A DNA stretch of 64,000 nt from Promethearchaeota archaeon (GTDB taxonomy: Archaea; Asgardarchaeota; Lokiarchaeia; Sigyniarchaeales; SOKP01): the NCBI GenBank assembly GCA_019057795.1, contig JAHLWS010000077.1:1-64000 (forward strand), in the 5' to 3' direction. Shown piece after piece: positions 22,804 through 31,699 of this stretch. A program made the translations under genes and the position numbers. Under the pieces are notes generated by a model. That model was not told the origin of the DNA. It did no database searches and saw nothing but the letters and a program-made list of their open reading frames with translations. Every line of letters starts with the position of its first letter. Within the stretch, counting starts at the first letter, position 1.

Positions 22804-23148
22804 TTAGACAATGTAAAGGTTATAAAACCGTCCCAAATCATCTACTTTACTAAAAGTATATTGAAAAGTGCACGTTCCGTATTTATCATCAAATTTTGTT
22901 ATCCTTCTTAATAAATGGATTGTTAAACCTTCTGAATGGGGATAATTTTTTGTTTCTATTACGACTTTATTAAACTATTTCAAGCGAGTCTTTATATTTT
23001 TAGTTTGTCCTATTGCTATAATTCCATCCTTATCTTCACCAAGAAATCTCTGGATAGATATAGATTTTCCATTATTATCGACAAGTCGAAATCTATAAAC
23101 GCCCTTACCTTCGTAAACTGGCAGATTTTCGATATTTTCCCAATTCAT
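22804..23148 (-). pseudogene. GIY-YIG-like nuclease with an in-frame TAG (22975-22977)
   Basis: MNWENIENLPVYEGKGVYRFRL...GIIAIGQTKNIKTRLK*FNK...HSEG; lies directly downstream of the DUF1998 gene. Confidence 0.6.
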
Positions 23149-23170
23149 CTCTTATCACATTTCTATAGTT

Positions 23171-24727
23171 TTAATCCTCTAAATAAGGTTTCAATTTTAT
23201 TAATACCTCTTTTTCTATCAAAGTGGGATCTTGTCGGTAGTTCCCATCAATAAAATCTAATTGAATTACAGAAAAACCTTTGGACTCTATTTTATTCCTT
23301 TTTTCTTTATCTTCTTCTTGTACGTGGTCGGAAGCGTGAGGAGGTCCATCAACAAAGACATAAATCTCATTTCTATCTTGTTTATAGTAAAAATCCGCTG
23401 TAGCTATTGGTATATCATTATCAGTAAATAATTTTTGTGCTTCATCTGGTAAGGGTAATTTTTGGCGTAATATTTCGTCCAATACCATTTTTTCTAGTTC
23501 AGAATCACATTTTTCCTTAAGATTTTTTAATTTTTCTCTCAGATTAAGCTTAGAAACTTCTGATATTTCTTCTAATTTACAATTATTTAAGGAATTTATT
23601 AAAGGAAGAATTATTTTACGATTTAAGAGATTATGTTCAAATTGATTACGAAATCTTAATAGACAGTTATAACACGCGGTTATACAGGCATCCATAGTTT
23701 CTTCATAAGGCTCTAGCGATTTAACATGTAATATTCTAAATAAGTTTTCAATAAATTTATCAAATCGGTCTAGTGAGGTATTTAGCAACGATTTTAATAC
23801 TCCCGTGCCTCCTTCTTCTGTTTCAAAAATAACAATCGATTGCTCATTTTTGCCTGGAATTGGGTTGAGAAAACTACTTATTTCTGACTCTTCTAAATTA
23901 TATGTGAGCATTATACTTTGAATTATAGCTTCCTTTAAAGTAGTGTAATAAGAAGTTGGATCGAAATCTCCAATTAAAGAAAAATCAAATACTACTACAT
24001 CGTGAATTCCATCAATAAATAACCAGAAATCTTTTTGGAGATGGCGTTCGCTACCACCCTTCGGACACGCCTCAATATGGGTTCCGGCTTCATTGTCGTG
24101 TAACCATTGACCACAAGCACTGCAAAAGTTAAAACTATGGAGTTCTATTTCATTGGTAGTTTTCGATTTGATCCGAGAACCTTTATTTACCATATAAATA
24201 TTTCCATTATGTTCATACGAGATTTTTGCGATTTGGTTTTGATCACATGTGATTCCATAATTTACAATTTTGGATTTTTTATGCTTATAATTTATTGTTA
24301 TTTCATATCCCTTGATCTGCCTACTTTCTTCGTCGCAGGTAATCCTAGGACCGCTTGTCGAGAACATTTGAGGAAACCTAAGGCTCGATTTAAAACTACT
24401 TAATCTTATTTCGGCATCGCAAATCGGGCACTTTATTAAAGAAGTAGAGGTTGAACTTGCGCTATCGATCAAAATTTCATTACAATTTTCGCAAATATAA
24501 ATGTTATCGATATTTAACTCGCCCCCTTCAGATTTAACCATCGCTCTATTAATATTATACTTATTACCTAAAAAGTAAACTTGATTGTGAGGAGCAAATT
24601 CTCGAATCGCTATAACGGAAGATCGCCAATTATCGTAATATTTAGATTTATCTTGATTAAACATAGTCAACAATGTAGTATCGCTTGGAAACGCGTAATT
24701 TGGTAAAAAACCATAATTTCTTAACAT
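23171..24727 (-). pseudogene. 3' half of an SF2 helicase-DUF1998-DUF559-like nuclease protein; helicase core missing
   Basis: Begins at the GFLPNYAFP motif that normally lies mid-protein; FETEEGGTG and CITACYNCLL..RNQ..H (DUF1998); ADFYY...VFVDGPPH...DKEKR (Vsr/DUF559-like). No Walker A/DEAH motifs; stop codons lie just upstream. Confidence 0.75.
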
Positions 24728-25322
24728 GTCAATATCGCTAATGTTTCAGGCGATTTTAAACCTTTTACTTTTAATAAAACACTCGAAATTAGGTTCAATC
24801 TTTTTATAGACAGGAGGTTTTACAGGAATAATGTTTTAAGTAATAGATATCCATTCTGGGATCAAAATAAATTAAAAGAGTTAAGAACTTTTCACCCCAA
24901 TAAATGGATTGAAATTGGTGAAAATTTAGTTTACAAGTTAAAAGATGATATATTTTCTTTAAATTTGACCCTTATTTAATTATTGGCGACTCTGAGTCTA
25001 AGTCCAGCGTTTTAATTTGTTCTAACAGACGAGATCATTACCCTTTTAAGAAGTTATTCGAAAATTCATTTGTCACTATCTTCAATAGTAACGAGAAGCT
25101 TAATAAAAAGGAAAAAAACTATTTAAAAGGTTTAGAACTAGGTTTCAATTGTTTTGAAAACATTTCACTAAATAGAATATATTCAATGAAAAATACACTT
25201 AAACATTAAGGTGTGAAAAATTAAATTATAAGTTCTTCATTTAATCATTTTATGTGTATTAGTAGAGGAAAGAGTTTAAGAGTATAACATTCATTAATGG
25301 TAGCTTAATAATAACTAATTTA

Positions 25323-25381
25323 TTGTGATAAAGGTAAATTAATATATAATATCACAAAATATATAGTGATAAAGGTAAATT
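25323..25381. promoter_or_regulatory. Putative operator upstream of the SNF2/DUF1156/DUF499 operon
   Basis: GTGATAAAGGTAAATT repeated exactly at 25325-25340 and 25366-25381; inverted pair TTGTGATA (25323) / TATCACAA (25350). Confidence 0.5.
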
Positions 25382-25427
25382 CGTAGACAAAAATGAAAAA
25401 GTTAGTGATATAAATGTTTAAGGATTA

Positions 25428-28400
25428 TTGATTATGGAAGAATTTTACGATATTTTTGAGAGAAATCCTCAAGAGCTTAAAGATCGGCTTATAGTTGGAC
25501 CCTTTAGTAATACTGAGTTATATAAAATAGTTGATATTAATTACATTCCAGGAGATTCAGAAAAGGTTAAATTTTCATTAGTAAATACTAAAACTAATCA
25601 ATTTTTACCATTAATATTAGAAAAGGATGATTTAAAAGAAATTAAATTTGCTTTAGAGTTTAACTTTTCAGGAGATCCATATAGATTTTTTATGCATATG
25701 ATGGGAAATGCTATTCGTTCAAATTTTAATCAAGATCCTCTCTTTGCAGTAGGATCGTCTAAGATAGATCCATTACCTCATCAACTTCTCGCAGTATATA
25801 AATATATTTTACCTCGCCCAAATATTCGATTTATGATTGCTGATGAGCCTGGTGCGGGAAAGACAATAATGGGTGGATTAGTTATAAAGGAATTACTTTC
25901 TAGAGGTGATGTCAAGAGAATTCTTATCGTCGTGCCCGGTTCATTAACAGGACAGTGGCAGGAGGAATTAAAAATCAGGTTTAATGAAGATTTCACTATA
26001 GTTAATTCAGAGATATTACAGGCATTAGGTCCAAGAGCATGGACTCAATTTGATAAAATTATAACTTCAATGGATTTTGCGAAGAATGAAGTGCAAAAAA
26101 AGCGTCAAAAGGGTAAAAGGATCATTAGAAATTCTCTCATTGGTATAAAATGGGATTTAGTAATTGTCGATGAAGCTCATAAAATGAATGCAGAATGGAT
26201 TGCAAAAACAATGCGCCAAAAAATAACACGGAGATATCAATTAGGTCAAGCGTTATCAGACAGCACAGATCATTTTCTATTTCTTACAGCAACACCACAC
26301 AAAGGGAAATCTGATAGTTTCCGTTTATTACTTAAATTATTAGAGCCAGATTCGTTTGATACAGCATATATGGATATCAATTCTGTTTTAAATCAATTTT
26401 TGGATGAGGGTTATCCTATATTCATTCGACGTTTAAAAGAAGAAATGAGAAAAGAGGATAATTCTTATATTTTTCCCCCAAGAGATGCTAAAACTATTAC
26501 TTTCACTCTATCTCCTTTAGAATCTGTATTATACCAACAGGTAACTGATTATGTGAGACATATTTTTAATCTAGCAATTTTTATTGGAGGTCAAAGTAGA
26601 TCTTCAATAGGATTCATGCTTAAATTACTCCAACGTCGTTTAAATTCTTCTGTTCGATCAATCCATCTTACACTTATTCATCGAAAAGAAAAATTAGAAG
26701 AAATACTAAATAATCCTGATTTTGATAAATCTATTAAAGAATTACGTTTACAAATCGAGAAAAGAACTCAGGAAGTCGAAGAAGCTGAACTTAATGATGA
26801 TATTCCTCCAAAAAAAGTTGAAGAACTACATAAAGAAATTTTCTGCTTAAGTATGGCAAGTAATCGGGCTGAATTGGAAACAGAGATTAATACATTAAAA
26901 AAACTCATACATTCTGCTGCTGAAGCTGAAACTGAACAATGTGAATCAAAATTATATAAACTATTAGAATTAATAGAAGAACAATTAGGATCTCAACAAT
27001 TAATCATTTTTACGGAATATAAAGACACTTTAGACTACCTTTTAGAAAGAATTCCAGAGAACTTTTCAAAAGGAATTATTCATGGAGGAATGAATCTCAA
27101 TGAACGTAGAATTGTTCAAGAAAAGTTTTGGAAGAATGATATTCAGATATTACTATGTACTGACGCAGCCAGTGAAGGTATTAACCTTCAATGCTGTTGG
27201 AACTTAATAAATTATGATATTCCATGGAACCCTAACCGACTTGAACAAAGAATGGGTCGAATTCATCGATACCTCCAAGATCATGAGTGTACATTTTTCA
27301 ATTTAGTTGCAATTCAGACATCTGATGGGCAACCAATTGCTGAAGGTCAAGTAGTAGAATTAATTTTTAAAAAATTAGATCTGATGAGGGAAGAATTAGG
27401 AGGAACTGATCGAGTTTTTGATGTTATAGGGAATTTTTTTGAAGAGTGTAAATTTGAAGAGCTTTTAATCCAATCATTAAATAAGGAGCCAATTGATTTA
27501 ACTTCTGAATTAAATAAAAAAAATAGTCAAAAAATAAAAGACCTCTTAGATTTAAAATCAAATATGGATGCTGGTCTTGATTTCTTCATACGACAAAGAC
27601 AAATTTCAGAAGATTCTAGACTTTGGCCAAGATATATTTCTGAATATGTTAGATTGGGTTTCTGGGATGCAGGTGCTCAGATCCATGTTTCCGGCAAGGA
27701 GTCATTCAAGATCCAAGTTCCTCCAAAAATCAATGCTCAAATCAAAAAAAACGAAAAAAAATTCGGTCTAATAGCAAATCGTAATTTAGAGATAACATTT
27801 TATAAACCAATTGAGAAACAACTTTTACTAAATGTCCAACAATATGATTATATTACAGCAGGTCATCCTCTTTTGGAGGCTATAATTGACATTTCGATAA
27901 AAAATGGACAAAAGGACATTCAAAAGGGAACTATTTTTCTGGACCCTTCACATGGTCTTCACGGTTTACTCTGGTTTATTGAAATAATATTCAGTGATGG
28001 TACCGGTGCGAAAGAAGTTTCTCGACAAGTTGTTGTGCTTTTTACATCATATATGGATATCAATAATGGAACTAATGATAAAATAAAATTTCAAGTTTTA
28101 TCACCACAGATATTATGGGATTTGAGACATGCTTTTTCAGCAGCGAGTCGTGTTCAGATGAAACCTTATTTAGATTTCTTCTCACATTATAAAGAATATG
28201 TGGTTGAAGGAATCGGATCAGGGTTATGTAAAAATGAAGAACTTGAATTGATTCAATGGCGACAAAAAGCTAAGAAAATTAAAATGAACGCCCTTGAACA
28301 TAGAGAAATAAGAGAAAGGAGCCGTCTTGAAGCGGAAATAAGTTTATTATTAGATAAAGAAGCAGAGGGCGAAGATGTTGAACAGAAAATTTTAGAAAAG

Positions 28401-28946
28401 GAAGTTCAGAGAGATAATATACGCGAGGAAATTAAGGAGTTAAAAACACATATTGAGAGAGAATGCTCTATTATTAGACAAAGTCCAAGATTAATTTCTG
28501 TTGCTATTATAGTTCCTGCTTATGATGATGGTAAACCCGCAGAAAATATTGAAGAAGCTACACAATTAGCGGATAAACATGCCATTGATATGGCTGCTAT
28601 GAAATCAGTTTTTGAATTTGAAAAGCAACGAGGTTGGGAACCAACGGATAAATCTTTAATTAGATGTGGATATGATATTGAAAGCGTTAATCCAAATAAT
28701 CCATCTGAGATCCGCCATATAGAAGTGAAAGGTCATGCTGGTGAAGCAGATGTCTTTATTTCCAAAAATGAGTGGATGAAAGCGCAAAATGATGTTTCGG
28801 GTAGATATTGGTTATACATTGTTAATAAAGCTTTGGATGGGGCTAAGGTTGTTCCAATTTCTGATCCAGCCAATAAATTCCAACCCGAGAAAATTATTAC
28901 TGAAAGATTCAAAATACCATTAAAACAGATAAAAGAATATTATTAA
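25428..28946 (+). CDS. SNF2-family helicase with a C-terminal DUF3883 nuclease domain
   Basis: PLPHQ, IADEPGAGKT, VDEAH, LTATPH, TDAASEGINLQ, EQRMGRIHR; C-terminal GYDIES...IEVKG...ISKNEW...YWLYIV. Confidence 0.92.
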   Translation: MIMEEFYDIFERNPQELKDRLIVGPFSNTELYKIVDINYIPGDSEKVKFSLVNTKTNQFLPLILEKDDLKEIKFALEFNFSGDPYRFFMHMMGNAIRSNFNQDPLFAVGSSKIDPLPHQLLAVYKYILPRPNIRFMIADEPGAGKTIMGGLVIKELLSRGDVKRILIVVPGSLTGQWQEELKIRFNEDFTIVNSEILQALGPRAWTQFDKIITSMDFAKNEVQKKRQKGKRIIRNSLIGIKWDLVIVDEAHKMNAEWIAKTMRQKITRRYQLGQALSDSTDHFLFLTATPHKGKSDSFRLLLKLLEPDSFDTAYMDINSVLNQFLDEGYPIFIRRLKEEMRKEDNSYIFPPRDAKTITFTLSPLESVLYQQVTDYVRHIFNLAIFIGGQSRSSIGFMLKLLQRRLNSSVRSIHLTLIHRKEKLEEILNNPDFDKSIKELRLQIEKRTQEVEEAELNDDIPPKKVEELHKEIFCLSMASNRAELETEINTLKKLIHSAAEAETEQCESKLYKLLELIEEQLGSQQLIIFTEYKDTLDYLLERIPENFSKGIIHGGMNLNERRIVQEKFWKNDIQILLCTDAASEGINLQCCWNLINYDIPWNPNRLEQRMGRIHRYLQDHECTFFNLVAIQTSDGQPIAEGQVVELIFKKLDLMREELGGTDRVFDVIGNFFEECKFEELLIQSLNKEPIDLTSELNKKNSQKIKDLLDLKSNMDAGLDFFIRQRQISEDSRLWPRYISEYVRLGFWDAGAQIHVSGKESFKIQVPPKINAQIKKNEKKFGLIANRNLEITFYKPIEKQLLLNVQQYDYITAGHPLLEAIIDISIKNGQKDIQKGTIFLDPSHGLHGLLWFIEIIFSDGTGAKEVSRQVVVLFTSYMDINNGTNDKIKFQVLSPQILWDLRHAFSAASRVQMKPYLDFFSHYKEYVVEGIGSGLCKNEELELIQWRQKAKKIKMNALEHREIRERSRLEAEISLLLDKEAEGEDVEQKILEKEVQRDNIREEIKELKTHIERECSIIRQSPRLISVAIIVPAYDDGKPAENIEEATQLADKHAIDMAAMKSVFEFEKQRGWEPTDKSLIRCGYDIESVNPNNPSEIRHIEVKGHAGEADVFISKNEWMKAQNDVSGRYWLYIVNKALDGAKVVPISDPANKFQPEKIITERFKIPLKQIKEYY

Positions 28947-28967
28947 ATTCTTCACGAAAAGGTTAAT

Positions 28968-31697
28968 ATGAAAGATAAATTAATTGAATATTGGTTTCCA
29001 ATCAATACTATCGGAATTGAGGGTCAAAAGGAGAAACAAGTTTCTATTGGAAGAATTCCAGTAATTCATTTGTATTTTGCTAGAAGGCCAACTTGCGCTG
29101 CAAGAGCTATTATTTTATCGAGTTTATTAGATATCCCCAATAGTGATGATCTCTTAAAATTTCAACTAAACCTTGTAGAAAATTACGGATTAAGAAAAAT
29201 TCCTAATCAATTGCTATACAATAAAAAGAATATGAAAATCAATAATGTTATTCAATCAATTCTATTAAAACAAAATACTCATCCTTCTAAAATAAGAGCA
29301 TTTGATCCATTTGCTGGAGGAGGAACATTCCCATTAGAAATGGAAAATCTTGGTATTGATACTTATGCTTCAGATTTGAATCCAGTCGCGGTTTTAATTG
29401 AGAAAGCTACATGTGAATATCCTCAGAAATTTGGATTGAAGTTAATTGAAGAACTTGAAAAATATTTTTTAATAGTTCAAAAAAAATTAGAACAAAGAAT
29501 CTCTCGAAAATATAATAATGACTTACATCCTGATAATCAAATTAATTTATTTTTATGGGCACGACAGATTCCTTGTCCCGAATGTGATCTTAATATTCCA
29601 CTGATAAAGAGATTCCTACTTTCAAAGAAATATAAATGGAGTCTCTTTCCAGAAATACCTAAAAGAGAAGAAAATAATGAAATAAAATTTTCTATTAAGT
29701 GGTCAAATAATTTAAATGGTTACTATTCGAGAGGAGTACTTTCATGTCCACGATGCGGAAAATCAATTCCTCGAGAAGAGGTTATTAATTTTATTTCTCA
29801 AAATAGAGATCATCATCGATTAATTGCTTTATATGAAGATTTTCCTGATAGAGAATCTAGCGCAACTGGAAGTTTTCGAATTCCAACCTCAACTGAAAAA
29901 AAAAATGCAGAAGTTGATAAAAATCAAATAATTGATAATTTCCTAGAAGATTATCCCGAAATAGATCTCAGATTTCCTGAAAAAGTACTACTTTGGAGAG
30001 TTCAAAAATTTGGTATTACATCTATTTTGAAATGTTTTAATTCTCGTCAACTGTTATTTTTAAAAGCACTTCTGGATATTATAAATGATTTAAAATCTGA
30101 GATTTGTAGAAGTTTAAATAATCCTGAATTCGCTAACGCAATAATTTTATATTTATCATTTGGTTTAACTAAGATCGCAGATTTTAATTCAGTTTTAACA
30201 GAATTGAAAACTTCTTCCAGTCCAGCAATTAGAAACACTTTTAAAAGAGCGGGGCTTTTTATGGTTGGTGCTTATATTGAAGGAAATCCAGTGAAAGAAA
30301 ATGCATCTGGAAGCTGGTTAAGATATTTTAATTCACTTAAAAGAGCACTAATTAATCTGATCTCACAACCAAGAATCAATAATAATTTGATTACAATTAA
30401 GCAAATGGATGCAATGGACTTGGAATATGAAGATGAAAGTATGGATTTTTGCTTTACAGATCCACCTTATTATGATAATATGCCTTATGCTTCATCTATG
30501 GATTTTTTTTATCCTTGGTTAAGAGAATTATTAAAAAATTCCTACCCAGAATTATTTTTAACTAGTTCAACACCAAAAGATACAGAATTAATTCAAGATA
30601 GATTTCGTCATGATAATTCTATAAAAAATGCGAAAATCTTTTATGAAAAAGGAATGGGTAAGGCTTTTTCTGAAATTTATCGAGTTCTTAAAAAAAATGG
30701 TTTAGCTGTGATAGTTTTTGCTCATAAGGATATAAACGCTTGGGAAACATTACTTCAAGCGATAAATGATTCAAAATTGGTAATAACAAGTACATGGCCA
30801 TTATTGATGGAGATGTCTCATGGCATGCGAACATTAAATGTTGTATCTTTAGATTCAGTTGTATTACTCGTCTGTAGAAAACTTAGGCGCGAACATCAAC
30901 GTTATTACGATGAAATTTTTAGACAGGAATTAGAACAAGTAATTCTGAAAGAACTTGAACGTCAATGGCGATTGGGATTAAGAGGGGCCGATTTCTTTTT
31001 AAGCTCGTTGGGGCCTGCCATTGAAGCGTTTAGTAAGTATGAAGCTGTACTTGATGTTAAAACGGATAAATCTTTAAACATTCACGAATACCTTAAATTT
31101 GTTGATACCATATTAATTAAATTTACTCTTAGTAAAACTCTAAACAAAGTTTATTCTAGTATTGATGCTGAAACTCAATTTTATTTAGTATGGAGGGCTT
31201 CATATAAGCTATCTTTATTACCTTATGATGAAGTTTGGAAATTTACACACACTTTAGGATTAGATGACTCCAGTTTAGAAGGTAAAATTATAATAAAAGT
31301 ACGGGTTAAATCTAAAACCTTATATAAATGTCTTGAAACATTAGATAAAAAAGAAAAATTCTTAGAAAAAAAATTTACTCCATCATCCCTAATCGAAGCT
31401 CTCCAACATTCTGGATTTTTATGGAGTGAGAATTCTCCCTTTCTTGACGAGATTATTAATACCTATCAAGAAAAATATAGTGATGAGTTCTGGCATGTAG
31501 CTCAAGCATTATCCAACATTCAACCAGAGGCAAATGAAACCAGGTTATTCTTGGGCTTAATGAGAAAATATGGAAAAGGATTGAAATTAAAAATCAAATC
31601 CAATGGAGTAAAAAAGAAATCAAAAATTGTTCAAAAAACATTTAATATTGAAGGAAACAATGTTATCTTAAAGAGAGATAAAGAGGTGGAAAAATAA
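28968..31697 (+). CDS. DUF1156-family adenine DNA methyltransferase
   Basis: IHLYFARRP...AARA N-terminus, DPFAGGG (SAM binding), TDPPYYD (catalytic), CPEC/CPRC zinc ribbon, RGADF. Confidence 0.92.
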   Translation: MKDKLIEYWFPINTIGIEGQKEKQVSIGRIPVIHLYFARRPTCAARAIILSSLLDIPNSDDLLKFQLNLVENYGLRKIPNQLLYNKKNMKINNVIQSILLKQNTHPSKIRAFDPFAGGGTFPLEMENLGIDTYASDLNPVAVLIEKATCEYPQKFGLKLIEELEKYFLIVQKKLEQRISRKYNNDLHPDNQINLFLWARQIPCPECDLNIPLIKRFLLSKKYKWSLFPEIPKREENNEIKFSIKWSNNLNGYYSRGVLSCPRCGKSIPREEVINFISQNRDHHRLIALYEDFPDRESSATGSFRIPTSTEKKNAEVDKNQIIDNFLEDYPEIDLRFPEKVLLWRVQKFGITSILKCFNSRQLLFLKALLDIINDLKSEICRSLNNPEFANAIILYLSFGLTKIADFNSVLTELKTSSSPAIRNTFKRAGLFMVGAYIEGNPVKENASGSWLRYFNSLKRALINLISQPRINNNLITIKQMDAMDLEYEDESMDFCFTDPPYYDNMPYASSMDFFYPWLRELLKNSYPELFLTSSTPKDTELIQDRFRHDNSIKNAKIFYEKGMGKAFSEIYRVLKKNGLAVIVFAHKDINAWETLLQAINDSKLVITSTWPLLMEMSHGMRTLNVVSLDSVVLLVCRKLRREHQRYYDEIFRQELEQVILKELERQWRLGLRGADFFLSSLGPAIEAFSKYEAVLDVKTDKSLNIHEYLKFVDTILIKFTLSKTLNKVYSSIDAETQFYLVWRASYKLSLLPYDEVWKFTHTLGLDDSSLEGKIIIKVRVKSKTLYKCLETLDKKEKFLEKKFTPSSLIEALQHSGFLWSENSPFLDEIINTYQEKYSDEFWHVAQALSNIQPEANETRLFLGLMRKYGKGLKLKIKSNGVKKKSKIVQKTFNIEGNNVILKRDKEVEK

Positions 31698-31699
31698 AT

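Noticed and set aside
1206-23148. Stop-codon reassignment or readthrough explaining the many in-frame stops
   Set aside because: TAA, TAG and TGA all occur as interruptions, and all three also end intact genes, which fits ordinary decay.
22936-23253. 105-aa plus-strand ORF
   Set aside because: It is antisense to the GIY-YIG remnant and the DUF1998 gene end and has no motif of its own.
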